A stretch of 64,000 bases of DNA from positions 14,012,001-14,076,000 of the forward strand of contig OZ316776.1 of assembly GCA_973851085.1 (NCBI GenBank), given 5' to 3'. Below the pieces are notes generated by a model. That model saw only the letters and a list, made by a program, of their open reading frames with translations, did not search any database and was not told the origin of the DNA. Below, in pieces: positions 12,065 to 25,540 of this stretch. How positions within the stretch are numbered: position 1 is the stretch's first letter; each line of letters starts with the position of its first letter. This DNA is from Ptychomitrium polyphyllum (Eukaryota). The translations under genes and the position numbers were made by a program.

Positions 12065-13271
12065 TGATGTGTCATCCGCAGCCATTAGCTTCACAGAGAA
12101 GTTTTTCCTTCATAGACAAGTATAATAAGGGAGGAGAGATATCCAAACTTCCAATTGTATGCAGTATTATTTCCAAGATAGATCATTTTCAGATCCTAGC
12201 TAGTATGTCAAATCTTCGTGTTATCATGGGTATGTGTGAAGAGTAGTCGGCCATGCTTTCATTAGCAACAGCATCTATTGAGCCAACTTAACTTTCTTAG
12301 CCCTCGGTAACGGAGGATCTAAATCAAGATATAAGAGGGACATTCCAATGTCGAGTACGACCTCGTGCAGAAGTATTGACTAGTCACCCTTCACATTCCA
12401 GTCTTTATTCAGATGCTCGCACTCTAATCATCTTGTTAGAAATTGGAAGAGTCACTCCTTGAGGAGCCGAAATCTTGTTTGGAAGATGTTTTGAAGGACT
12501 AAATCAAAATCAGATCTTGGAATAGGACATTTCAACAACAAAAGTCTTGGTTGGTGGCCATTAACGCTTCTTGCAAGGACCAGCTGAATCAGTGAACAAA
12601 GAACAATGAGCAGAGTATATTGTTTCATTCCCTTTGATAAATTTTGGAATTTGTAGAAATGTAACAAGCAAGCCAAGAAAAGAGCTCCTCATGGGACTTG
12701 TTGCTAAATGGGGAGGTGATGTCACGGACATAGATCATGCAACATAGTCCTTAAAACATTCTAGAACCTTCTAATATACTATGATAGCTTCTTTAGAAGT
12801 ATCCTAGGAGATACAAACGTCATAGTATAAATAGGAGGCAAGACAAGGTATTCCTTAGTCTTGCCAACACAAGTTGTGGATGATCTTGAATCTTGCCTTG
12901 TTTCACTCTTTGTATCAAGTTTTTGTTGATCATTAGCTCTTTGGAAGCTTATTCTTGGTAAACACTTTGTATTTGCTTCTAGTTTCTTGTATCCCTAATA
13001 GCTAGGGTGAATGCGGCCATTATGGTTAGGGCAGCCATTCGGAATAGGGTGGCGGCTACGGCGTCTATGGCAGCTAGAATTAACCGCCTTATGACGCTTA
13101 TTTAATGGAAACAAATGCATGGTTGCCAACTGGCATACTTTGGTGGATGACTCTCAAGTATAAGTAAAGGGATTATGGAAGTGGAAGTCATCTTGCTCCA
13201 CACTTCTCTTGTTGCAACTTTGCTCTCTCTCTTCATGCTTGTTGTACTAGCTTTGTTGCATTTCTTCAATA

Positions 13272-13284
13272 GGTTATGGGCCCA
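13272..13284 (+). promoter_or_regulatory. PBS complementary to the internal (anticodon-arm) half of tRNA-iMet
   Basis: GGTTATGGGCCCA lies directly after the copia 5' LTR end. It is the same motif as the Drosophila copia half-tRNA PBS. Confidence 0.8.
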
Positions 13285-13720
13285 CTCACACTTAGTTGTG
13301 CCTTTTGAAATAGCTTGAAGTGTTTGTAATTGTTGTTCTTGTGTGAAGCAAGATCACTTCCTAGTTATTAAAGATTGAATTAGAAACGCCTAGCTTTGAG
13401 GTTTTGCACATGTAGGTGCTCGGTTTGATGTTTCTTGAGCTTTAATAAGATTCTGGTTGTTGAAACTCCTTGGATAGTGAGTTGCTTTGAGTGATGATAA
13501 AACCTTGATAGTGTCTTTGTTGGATTCAAGCTCCCTAACACCATTTTGTTGTGCTTGGTGTTGTTGTCTTGTGAGTTCATTGATATGTGTGCTCATTGAG
13601 TGGGCATAGTGAGTTGAAAGGTCTTTCTTGGGACTCATAGTTGTGAAGACTTGTGAGAAGCATAGGAGTCAAGGAAATAGTTCGTTTGAAGGTTTGTTTT
13701 GTTACCTCTCTTCTTAAGCC

Positions 13721-15072
13721 ATGGCTTCGAGTGAAGGTGAAGGTCTTAGGGTCATTCAAAAGTTTCATGGTGATAACTTCTACCAATGGAAGGTTAGAAT
13801 GGAGCTCTCGTTGGCTTCTATGGACCTTTGGGACATCATAGATGAGAGTGAGGTTGCTCCACCATTGTCGGCAGATGCAAAGGAGAGGAAGGAGTTCCAG
13901 CGTCGTGAGAAGAAGGCTTTTGGCATCCTTGCCACCAACCTTGATGATGCCAACTTCGCCCATATCATCTCTTGCACAAGACCAGCAGAAGCGTGGAACA
14001 AGCTCTGCAACATCTATAAAAGCAAGAACCTCTCCAACATCATCTTCACAAAGAGGAAGCTCTTGAACTGCAAGATGGAAGAAGGCCACGACCTCATGGC
14101 GCATGTTAACAAGTTGAAGGCCCTTGCAAGGCAAGTTGCCATTGTGGACAAGCCATTGGAGGAGTCGGATGTTGTGATTACATTGCTCATGAGCTTGCCG
14201 GAGTCCTATAGCTATCTCATAGTGGCCTTGGAGTCCATTCCCATCAAGGACCTCACCATGGACTATGTGACGGCGAGATTGAGCCACGAGGACACCAAGA
14301 GGAAGGAGAAGGCGAATTCAAGTGAGGACTCCGCCCTCTTCTCGAGGCAAGGCAAGGCCACCTATTCTAATCAACGTCCAAATCTTCGAACGTGCTTTGT
14401 GTGTGGAAAACCAGGTCATTTTGCTCGAAATTGCTTCAAGGCCAAGAAAGGAGAGAGGGAGGATGCCAACCATGTGATGGACCACCTTGGAGGTGGTGAT
14501 TGTGCCTTCATGGCAAGCGAGGGGGCGCCTATGGCGGCCCTATCCAAGTGGATAGTTGATTCGGGCGCCACAAAGCACATGACTCCTTACAAGTGCTCAT
14601 TCCATACTTATGAGGCAATTGCAGCCACTAGTGTGCTCATGGGTGACAATGGCGTGGTGGAGGCCATTGGAATGGGTTCCATTGTGGTGGAGGTTGTTGT
14701 GGGAGGCAAGACCAAGAGGATCACCTTCAAGGACGTGCTGCATGTGCCAAAGATGAAGTCCAACCTCCTTTCGGTGAGCAAACTTGTGATGGGAGGGTTT
14801 GTGGCTCATTTCAATGTGAATGGATGTATTGTGAAGTCATTGAGTGGAGATGTGGTTGCCACGGGGTTGAGGGATGGCAACTTGTACTTCATCAAGTGTA
14901 AGAAGGTGAATGGAGTGGAAATGGCAGACTTAATTGTATTTACTCAAGATCAAGACAAGTTAAGCATATGGCATGGGCGCCTTGGGCACCTCAAGGTGAA
15001 GGCCATGAAGGAGCTCCAAGGCATGGTTAGCAGCTTGGATGTGGGTACAACATGCAACAAGGCCATAAAATT
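13721..15072 (+). pseudogene. copia gag-protease-GAG-pre-integrase, cut by the nested gypsy insertion
   Basis: KFHGDNFYQWK, CFVCGKPGHFARNC knuckle, WIVDSGATKHM protease and WHGRLGH. The frame resumes at 22866 as VCEACTQGKQQR. Confidence 0.92.
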
Positions 15073-18000
15073 TGTTGCAATCTTTGCATTGCGCCGTAAC
15101 AAATGTCACGCGCGTCAACCATGTACACCCGTACATGCACATGGGTATCCTTTGTTAATAACTCTCCAAATCCCAACTTGGTTTCCAATTTCCATTATCG
15201 TTTCTCTTAGAATATTCAATTTATTAGTAGCCAATGGTTAAGTGCGGACTTTCACTCACGTCCAAGGCCTCACTTGGTGTTACTCCCATTCTACACGGCC
15301 TAATTGCACTTAGTGGTGTGTCTCCACTACCACTCATGATCCCCATGTGATCCTAAGATCACCCCGAGCCATCATGGTGCCGGTATGAAGATACCACCTC
15401 AACTTAGTGGTAACAATCGTGCCCTTTTGATCTCACTAATTTCCTTCATAAAATCGGTCATCTCTCGGCTCACAATGGTATGGGAATCTCCGTGGTGAAG
15501 CACCAATATTAGCTCCACCAACTCAAATTCACCCTTGGTTCTTACCGAAACAATAGGGAAGTGGGGAGGGAGACCAATCCTCCCCTATAGTACTCTCTGT
15601 GGAATTTGGCAGGCCCCCTGGCCCTTTGTAGTTGTCTGTACCTCAACACACCAAAACTTGTGGAAGACCATCCGATCTCCCTTAGAAGCCTCCGGGACTT
15701 CCTGTGGACCTTTTGGAAACCATATCATTCACGTTTGGTGTCCGAATTTATTAAACAACTACTCTATCGTCATCTATTCATTGCGTAAATGCCGATGGAC
15801 TCCACAAACGTCTCATTTGACTTAATATTCCATAAGATATGCCTCTCCCAAGGTTTGGAACTCTTGAGGAGTCCCTCCTTGTATTGTCCAAGTATAATAT
15901 AGTCACTGTCTAGGGCTGCCACAGTCCTGAATAGCCCCTTAATAACTCCAATTTTGGGATGCCATATATTTTAGCTCCCTTGTCCAATTTGAGCAATCTT
16001 TAGCATTTTAGAATCAACTCATTGTGAGTACTTTAATGCCTATAATTTATCCTTCGTGGCCCTCAAACTACATAAGCAAAGATGTTTCTTCCCCTCGGGA
16101 TCCTTCCCACGCTAGGCTTACTTGGGCCACTTCACTATCGGCGCCACAAGTTCCGTATGTCACTCCGGGGTCCATTTTGTGCCCTTAGTGTTGCGGGCAT
16201 TCTTCAAGAAGAGGTGCGCAACACTCACCTCCACCTTAATAGAGTTGATGCTGTCATCGACTATACTTGTAATCGGTGCACCAATTCCAAGGTTGCCATC
16301 CTCTAGTGGTGCAGCATTGTGTTTCATTTAGGGTGCAACACCCACAATGCATTCATAAATCTTTTGCAAAGTCTTAAAGGTGTTGTTTAGGAAGTAGTCT
16401 GTTTAGGCACCCTAGACACAGTTCTTGGGGCCCTAAACTACTTTAGACCTACCTACTTTGAGACCTTCTTGGGATGGATTCCTCAGCTAGGCTACACTTT
16501 CCTAACTCTACATTACTGACTAAGGTGGACCTCAATGCTCCACCAAGTTGTCTTGGTTGCAAACCAAAGGTGGCTTTTACTCCACAACTCCATTGCACGG
16601 CGATAATGCCAAGTTCTGTCCAATCAGGATCCCACTATCTCTTTTGAGACATGGATTCATGACTCCCATGCACTAACTTTTGTTAGTTTATAGGAATGGC
16701 GTTTTTATAAGCACACGCCATTACCTTGTCCTTGCTCGGACAAGCCAGAGACTAAAGGATTTTATGGTTTTAACCATTCTTCCCTTCAGCCTTAGTTCCC
16801 ATTATTTGGCCTTCCCAACTTGGTTTAACATGTCTCTTCTCCCTCTTCTATCAACTTAGCAGAAGTATAAGACTAGAACGTCATCTTATCTTCTTCTCTT
16901 TACACACACAAAAGTTGAACTTTACTGCCATAAATCAAAGAACCAATACATAATGTAAAGAAGATACTGCTATAAGCCTCTCCTTCCCTACTAAAAGAGA
17001 TTGATGTTTTCATCAATGCTGACGTTGTCTTTTGTAGGAGTTCCTATTCCTTTCAAAGCGTTCCACCACTTCATTGGCATTTTCCAAGTCCTTGGTCGCT
17101 ACCCAAGTTGCTTCTTTTTCATAGTACCCTCTCCACTTCACCAAATATTCTTTTCCTATTTTCTTGTGGTGCCTACACTTGAGAATTCCTTCTACTTCGT
17201 ATTCCAAGTGGTTGTCCACCAATTCCGGCAGTGGCCGAATCACTTATTTGCGATTGGGCCACAAGGTATCTTTTTTGAATGGCTTAAGGAGTGAGACATG
17301 AAATGTTGGGTGCACTTCGATTTCAGATGGTAGCTCCAACTTGTACACATCTTTAAACACCCGCTCCACAATGGAAAACGGCCACATAAAAACTTGGATA
17401 TGAACTTTGGAGAGAGGCCTTTGGACAAGCTAAAGTTCTTTACATTCAACAACACCTTTTGGCCTACTTCATACTTCATTTCACGTCTTCCAACATTCAC
17501 TTGTTTCTCGTATCGCTTTTGTGCCTTTTCCAACAAAAACTTGGTCTTCTCCAACATCTGTTCTCGCTTTTTGGCCAAGTCCTCCCCATCTTGGTTAAAT
17601 TCTAGTGCTGAATGTGCCCCTTCGAGAGCTAAGTCGGCAGGCTGGAGTGGCTCTACTCCATAGGCCACCTTAAACGATAACTGCTTTGTCGCCAAATGAT
17701 TGGCCGCATTGTAATTAAACTCCGCTAGGCTCATATCATCCACCCAATCACACTGGTCTGCACTCACAAAGTTCCTTAAGTATTGGTTGAAGACTCCGTT
17801 CACTCGTTCCGTTTGCCCATCCGTTTGAGGATGGAAGGCAGTGCTAAACGTCAACTTGGTTCCAACTTTCCTAAAGAAATGTTTCCAAAAAGCACTAGTG
17901 AATTTTGGATCTCGATCCAATACAATCACTCTCGACAACCCGTGATGTTTCCACCATGCATCAAGGAATAGCTTTGCGGTCTCATGTGCAGTTACAATTC

Positions 18001-21000
18001 CTCTACTTGGCACCATGTGCAAGAACTTGCTAAATCAATCTACCATCACAAAGATGGCATCATGCCCTTGCAATTCCGGAAGACTTGTGATGAAGTCCAT
18101 GGACACGCTATGCCATGGACCCAGCGAAATTGGCAAAGGTTGTAGTAGACCGGCTTGCTTTTGGTAAGAGGCTCTATTGAGTTGGCACTTCACACAAGTT
18201 TTCACAAAGTCGGTGATGTCCGCTTTCATGCCCGGCCAATAGTACCTTCTTGACACCGCCGCTATGGTGATTTATTCCCCTCTATGGCCGGCTATGGGAC
18301 TATTGTGTTATTCTTTCAAAACCAACAACCGTAGTTTTTCTTGAGGCACATACACCCGACTTTGTTTGTACTTGAGCATTCCCTTCTTTAACTTAATTTC
18401 CTTAAGTTTTTTATCCTTTTAAAGCTCACCGAGAAGCCTTTGTGCTTTGGAGTCCTTCATGTACTCCTCTCTTATCTTCGTTTCCAAATTGCCTTCCCCC
18501 TTGTACATTTCTCGTAGGACTTGGGTTGTGCCCATCGCTTGCAACTCCCCCCGCCTACTTACAACATCCGGCATTACATTGTCACGCCCCGGCTTGTGGA
18601 TCAAATCCACATTCATGAGTGCCAAGGTATCATACCACCTCAATTGTTTTGCACTCATTTGTGCTTGCGACTCAAAGTACTTCAAGAACACGTTGTCCGT
18701 GTAAACTTTGGTTTTATGTAGGCCCAAGTAGTGCCGCCATGTTTTCAAACAATGCACTACGGCAAAGAGTTCTTTCTCGTGCGTGAGCCGTCTCTTTTGG
18801 CACCCATCCAACTTCTTGCTCTCATAGGCAATTGGCATGCCTTTTTGCATGAGCACTCCGCCAATGGCAAAGTCACTTGCATCCGTGTGGACCTCAAACG
18901 GCTTTTCAAACTCAAAAAACTTCAATACCGACAATTGTGACAACTTGTCCTTGAGTTCCTTAAAAGGTTGGTGACAAAATTCATCCCATATTTGGCTAGC
19001 TCCTTTTTTCAACAAGTCAGACAAAGGTCTAGCATTTTTGATGAAGTTGCATATGAACCTCCTAAAATAATTTGCTAGACCGAGAAATGATCTCAGCCCC
19101 TTTTGTGTAAAAGGTTGTTTCCACTTTATAATTGCCTTTATCTTCCTTATGCCCGGCTTGCTTCCATCATCCGTCACTATATGACCCAAGAACTCAATCT
19201 CAAGTTGAGCAAACTCACTCTTTTTTCCGTTGGCATAAAGCTTGTGGTCCCTAAGTTTTTGAAGCACCACTTTGAGGTGCCTTGTATGTTCTTCCGCCGA
19301 CTTGGAGTACACCAAGATGTCATCAATATAAACAATGACAAAATCATCCATCTCTTCTCGAAAGATGGTATTCATGAGGGTCGTGAATGTCAAAGGAGCA
19401 TTACACAACCCAAATGGCATTACCAAAAATTCATAGGACCCATACCTAGTGCGGCATGCGGTCTTTGGCACGTCTTCATCCGCAATGTAGATTTGATAGT
19501 AGCCCAATTTCAAGTCTATCCGACTAAAGTATTTAGCTCCCGCCAATCTATCAAAGAAGTCATCGATCGGAGGCAAAGGATAGTTGTTCTTGATGGTGGC
19601 TTTATTCAAGGCTCTATAGTCAACACACATGCGGAGCTTGCCATCTTTTTTGTCTACGAAGAGGACCGGTGCTCCATATGGCGACTTACTTGGCCTAACA
19701 TAGCCTCTTTCCAACAAATCATTCAATTGCTTCTTCAAATCCTCTAGTTTTTTTTGGTTCAACCGGTGTGGAGCCTTTGAAGGGGGCTCCGTTCCCGGTA
19801 TCACTTCAATTTTGTGATGCACTTCTTGTTTTGGCAGTAACTTTGCGGGCAACTCATTGGTGAGCACATCCTTGTAACCACTTAGTACATCTTGAATGCA
19901 CTTGGGAATAGTCCTAACCTCCTTAGCACTTGGCCTGTTCCCTTCTTCTTGTTCCATTCGCATCACAACCACAAATTGATTATTCTCTAATTGTTTTAAA
20001 GAAACTAGGTTCAACTTTCCTCTCGCAACCATAGAAGCCCTAGTCAACTTTAATATTGCCTCCTTTCCACCACGGCGCACTACTAATTGTGCTAGTTTTT
20101 GCTTCACATCCACCACATGAGTTTTGAAAAAGGTATCATCTAAAATGAGGTCTATCTCATCCATCTCACATAGTGTAAAACTTTCCTTCAACTCCAATGT
20201 CCCACTACATAAGGCCAAACCAACACCACTTCGTTTGTCTTGTATGGTTTGCTTTTTGCAAATCGCACGTTGATGGGCTTGCTAGCTTTTTGAGCCCACA
20301 AGCCCAACTTCCTTGCTAGCTTGGGACTCATGAAGGAGTGCGTTGCCCCTGTGTTAATCAAACATGAGACATTTTTGCCATTTATTTGGGCCTCAAGGTA
20401 TAAGAGACTCGACCTTGGCTTAAGGCTACTAGCCTTAGCCACAAATCCACCTTCTAAAATGTGATCCACAACACAAGTGTGACAAACTTTGGTACTCACC
20501 TTTTTATCGGGGCACTCCGCAATGAAGTGACCAATCTTGCCACACCCGTGGCAACGCTTGTGCTTCACCTCAGCACCCTTATCTCCCAATTTGAATGGTT
20601 TTTTCTCATGATGGTCCACTTTGTTGTAGGCCCTTCCATCTACTTGTCCCTTGTGTTTGTTTCCAAAGCTAAACAGCTTGTGTTCTCTGCCGCGAGATAC
20701 ATTTCGGCTCAATCCACTTTGTTGAGAGGGACCACTTGATTTTCTTTTGGGACCGTCGGCTTCAATTCTTTCCGCAATCTTAATGATTCCCGCCATGTCC
20801 TCCAGAAGCTTTGGGAATTTAAACAAGGCGTCCACCACCTACTTTTGAAGCCCATCCAAAAAGGTGCATTTCTTTGAAAAACCATCCATTTTGAATGTGG
20901 ACCTCATTTAGGCGTTGAAATATTGCACATAAGTCTTGAGGGACCCAGTGTGCCTCATTTGCACCAAGTTCATGCCCTCCCTCAACTCTTGATAATCTGG

Positions 21001-22860
21001 AGTGAAGCGTTCACTCAAAATCTCTTTGAAACCAACTCATGACAAAGTTGCCACCAACTTCGGCTCTTACTCCTTTTTACTTGTCCACCATTGAAGAGCA
21101 TGGTCCTTTAGAAAGCTCATTGCAATTGAAACCTTGTCCACCTCTTCCGGCTTTTGAAAATCATAATAGTTGTTCATTTCCAAAAGAAACTCCTTCACCT
21201 TCCTCACTTTATCTAGCCCAGAAAAAGTGCTTGGCATGTTCACCTTAATCAACTTCTTGATTGAAGATGAGGGCCTGTTACTTTGTGCCATCAAGTGCTC
21301 AATCAACCTTTCTTGACGGATCTTTTCTTCTTTGCCACGCTTAAGTTCTTGCTTCAACATCGTGCATAAACTCCAGCATTTTAATGCGAAAACTTAAGTC
21401 AAGGTCCTGACTTTCTAAGCCCTCAGGTGGCTCAGGAATCCTAACTCTTGAGTACTCTCCACCCTCCAACGCTTCATCTTGTTGAATGTCTTCAACTTCC
21501 TTGGTGACTCCAATGTCATTCCCTTGCTAATTGGAATCAAAGGATGGAACCTCATTAATCGGATTGGGATCTTTGTTTATCCTCTTGCGTAGTTGTTTAG
21601 AGGCCTCAAGCTCTTCGGCATCACCGGCCTTCTTCTCAACCATTGCCTCTTTGCAATGTAGCACTTGGATATTCAAGGCCTGCTCTAATACCAAATGTCG
21701 CAACCCTTGTAATGCTCCTTAATAAACGTTACGCGCCTCAACCCTATACACCACCACATGCACATGATTATCACCCATTACAAGCTCTCCAAATCCCAAG
21801 CTTAGTTTTCAATTCACCTTATCATTTCTCTTAAGACATCCAATTAATTGGTAGCCAATGGTTAGGTGCGGACTTCCATTCATGACCAAGGCCCCACTTG
21901 GTATTACTCCCTTTCTACATGGCCTAACCGCACTTAGTGGTGTCTTCCCACCACCACTCATGATCCCCATATGATCCTAAGATCACCTCGAGCCATCATG
22001 GTGCCGGTATGAAGATACCACCCCAACCTAGTGGTAACAATCGTGCCCTTTTAGTTTCACAAGTTTCCTTTGTGAAACCGGTCATCCGCTAGCTCACAAT
22101 GGTGTAGGAATTTTCGTGGTGAAGCCCCAACACTAGCTCCTCCAACCAGGACTCACATTTGGTTCCCACTGGAACACTAGGGGAGTGGGGAGGTGGACCA
22201 GCCCTCTCCTATGGTACTCTCTGTAGGATTTGGTAGGCCCTTGGTCCTTTGTAGTTGGCTGAACCCCGACACACCAAAATTTTTGGAAGACCACTCGATT
22301 TCCTTTGGGACTTAGCCGCTGGAAGCCTCCAAGACTTCCTACAAACCTTCAGGGAACCATATCTTCTACGTTTGGTGTCCGAATCTATTGAGCAACTACT
22401 CTATCATCATCTACTCTTTGTGTAAATGTTGATAGATTCCACAAACGTCCCATTTGACTTAGTATTTTGGGAGATATGTCTCTCTTTCAATTCGGAACTC
22501 CCGAGGAGTCCCTCCCTCTACTGTCCTAATCCAATACAATCACTGTCTGGGGCTGCCACACTCCTGAACAACTCCTTTGTAGCCCCAACTTTGGGATGCC
22601 ATATGTTTTAATTCCCTTGTCCAATTTGAGCAATCTTTAGCATTCTAGAATCAACTCGTTGTGAGTACTCTAATGCCTACAATTTATCCTTTGTGGCCCT
22701 CGAACTACATGGGCAAATATGTTTCTCCCCCTCAAGATCCTTCCTACGCTAGGCTTATTTGAGCCACTTCACTATCAACGCCACAAGTTCCGTAAGTCAC
22801 TCTGGGGTCCATTTTGTGCCCTTAGTGTTGTAGGCAGTCTTCACGGAGAGGAACGCAACA
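15073..22860 (-). mobile_element. Full-length Ty3/gypsy chromovirus (family A) nested in copia pol
   Basis: LTRs 21696-22860 (5') and 15073-16223 (3'). PBS TGGTATTAGAGC (minus strand of 21682-21693, tRNA-iMet 3' end). PPT GGTGGAGGTGAG (minus strand of 16224-16235). Degenerate TSD AAATT/GAACT. Removing the element restores the copia frame. Confidence 0.92.
17013..21360 (-). pseudogene. gag-pol of the family A chromovirus (frameshifted)
   Basis: CHGCGKIGHFIAEC knuckle, LINTGATHSF protease, YIDDILV RT, VHTDASD RNase H, HPQTDGQTERVN integrase and EYEVEGIL..YLVKWRGY chromodomain. Confidence 0.92.
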
Positions 22861-22865
22861 GAACT

Positions 22866-25540
22866 TGTTTGTGAGGCTTGCACCCAAGGCAAGCAACAAA
22901 GAGCGTCGTTTCCAAGTGGAATGGCAATTCGAGCAAACACATTGTTGAAGATTGTGCATTCGGACATGTGAGCGCTTATGAAGTTTGCATTCATGGGAAG
23001 GCGCAACGTACTTTCTCACCTTCATTGATAATTTCTCGAGGAAATTGTGGGTGTTCAACCTCAAGGCCTAGAGCAAGTGCTTTGCAAGGTTCAAGGAATT
23101 CAAGCCGCTTGTGGAGAAGCAATGTGAGTCCAAGATCAAGGCGTTGCATTTGGATGATGGTGGTAAATTCTTATCCAAATGTATTGATGACTTCTTGAAG
23201 AATGAAGGCATTGCAAGGCAAACCTCCACTCCATACACTCCACAACAAAATGGAGTTGCTGAGAGGACAAACCGCACCATTGTGGAGATGGCGAGGAGCA
23301 TGCTCCATGCTCAACATCTTGGGCATGAGTTGTGGATGGAAGCGGTGGTGAATGCGGTATACACAAGAAATAGTGTTCTTGCATATATGACCTCTAAAGA
23401 AGCTTGGAGTAGTTAGAAGCCTTGTATTTTACACATGAGGACCTTTGGATGCCTTGCATATGCAAAGGTTCCAGATAGCATGAGGTCCAAGCTTGATGTA
23501 AAGGATACAAAGTGTGTGTTCTTTGATTATTGTGAGAGCAGCAAAGCGTGTAGGTTAATGTGTGTGGAAAGCAAGAAGATCATCAAGAGTCGTGATGTTG
23601 AGTTCTTGGAGCACAAGAGTGCTTGTGAGCACTTGGGGATGTGTCCAAGTGGAGGTTATGGTGTGATTGTGGACACATCCTCCAGTTCACCTACAAAAGA
23701 AGGTGAAGATGTAGATGGAGGGAACGGAACCATGGAGGGGGAGACCAAGCCAACCTCCACCCTTAAGACCAGCAGAGGAGCCTCACAAGATGATGGTGAG
23801 CATCTTCATCCAAGTGAAGAGGATCAACCTCTAAGTGAAGGAGAAGGGGATGCATTACAAGAGGAGAGAGGCCTGCAATGAGTGGTAGGAGGTACCCCAT
23901 GAGGGAGAGGAGGCCACTTGGTGAATGGTGGAAGAACCACATCGTTCCCAAAATGAGTGCAAAATATGCCAATGTTGCCCTCCTTATTGATCCTTTAACT
24001 ATGTGCGATGCTTTGAAGTCCACGGATGCAATGAAGTGGGAGAAGGCCATGGAAGAGGAGTACAAGTCGCTCATGGACAATGGCACATGGCACTTGACTC
24101 AACTTCCTCCAAATCGTTCTTCCATAGGTTGCAAGTGGGTGTTTAGAACCAAGAGGGATGCTTCGGGTGCAATTGTGAGGCACAAGGCAAGGCTAGTTGC
24201 CAAAGGATACTCACAAGTTGCTGGTGTGGACTTCAATGAGACATTTGCACCTGTGGCCAAGTTCACCACCATTAAGACCATCTTGGCCATAGCAGCGGCA
24301 ATGGACTTGGAGGTGCACCAGATGGATGTGAAGACGGCCTTTCTAAATGGAGAGTTGGAAGAAGACATCTATATGGAGCAACCTCCAGGATTTGTACATG
24401 AAGGCTTGGAATACCTTGTTTGCAGGTTGAAGAAGGCCTTGTACGGGCTTAAGCAATCACCAAGGGCATGGTACCAACGCATTGATGCATTCTTTAGGAA
24501 GGAAGGGTTTGTGAGAAGTGAGGCGGATCATTCCTTGTATGTGATGCAGACCATGGAATTCTTGTTGATTGTGATTCTCTATGTGGATGACTTGATCATG
24601 TTGGCCAACCTTTTAGAGAAGCTAGAGTGGTTGAAGGCCAAATTAGAGCAGGAGTTTGAGATGAGTGATTTGGACGAGTTACACTATTGTCTTGGAGAGG
24701 AGTTTGTGAGGGATTGTGCGAAGAGGACCATCACCATCAGCCAGAGGAAGTATATCGAAGAGGTGTTGAAGCGATTCAACATGGAAGATTGCAAGCCAAT
24801 GGGAACGCCCTTGAAGGCTAACTTGAGGTTGATGACGTTAAGCAATGAGGAGTATGCTCAAGTGGAGGGCAAAATGCAAGGCGTTCCATACAAGGCTAGA
24901 GTAAGGTGCCTCATGTATGCCATGGTGGGCACAAGGTTTGATCTTGCATTTTTGGTGAGTGTTGTAAGCCAACATATGTCTAAGGCGGGCCCCATGCACT
25001 AGGCAACCGTTAAGAAGATCATGAGGTACTTGAAGGGCACCTTGGACTTTGTGCTGTGTTTGGGAGGAGATAACATTGAGTTGTAAGGGTTTTGTGATGC
25101 AGATTGGGCTAGAGATGCAAATGATAGGCGCTCTACAACGGAATTTATATTTATTTGTTGGAGTGGAAGCCATCTCTTGGAACTGCAAGAGGCAACCTAC
25201 AATTGCAAGGTCAACCATGGTGGCAGAGTACATAGCAGTAAGTCATGTAGCAATGGAAGCAATGTGGTTGAGGCAACTCTTGAAGGACATTGGACTTGTA
25301 TAGGTGGGTGCAACGCTCATGATGTATAACAATCAAGGATGTCTTGCCTTTGCTAAGAATTCCAAGCATCACTCACGAACAAAGCACATCGACATCCAAT
25401 ATCACTTCATAAGAGAGAAGATTGAAGATGGAGTGATAGATATGAGGTATTTGTAACAAAAAACATGCTTGTTGATTTGTTGACAAAAGCATTGGTAAGA
25501 GATAGATACTAGTTGTTGATGAGGTCAATTGGATTTAAGG
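22866..25540 (+). pseudogene. copia integrase-RT-RNase H (stops and frameshifts)
   Basis: PYTPQQNGVAERTNRT, KARLVAKGY, QMDVKTAFLNG, LYVDDL and RTKHIDIQYHFIRE motifs. Confidence 0.93.

Larger units (their letters stand above)
6718..13000 (+). mobile_element. Full-length Tcn1-like Ty3/gypsy chromovirus (family B) inserted in the copia 5' LTR
   Basis: LTRs 6718-7322 and 12720-13000, perfect TSD GCTAG (6713-6717 / 13001-13005), PPT GGGGAGGTGA at 12710-12719, and gag-PR-RT-RH-IN-chromodomain fragments between the LTRs. Confidence 0.93.

Noticed and set aside
12065..12709. Possible extra or antisense ORF in the Tcn1-like 3' UTR (also 28900-29459)
   Set aside because: Frames are short and interrupted, and I saw no convincing protein-level conservation between families B and C.
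13577..14287. 236-aa antisense ORF (also 19103-19747)
   Set aside because: Shadow frames opposite retrotransposon gag/RT coding sequence, with no recognisable motifs.
15073..15241. C-terminal 55 aa of the 506-aa ORF 13721-15241
   Set aside because: Read-through into the inserted LTR, not copia protein.
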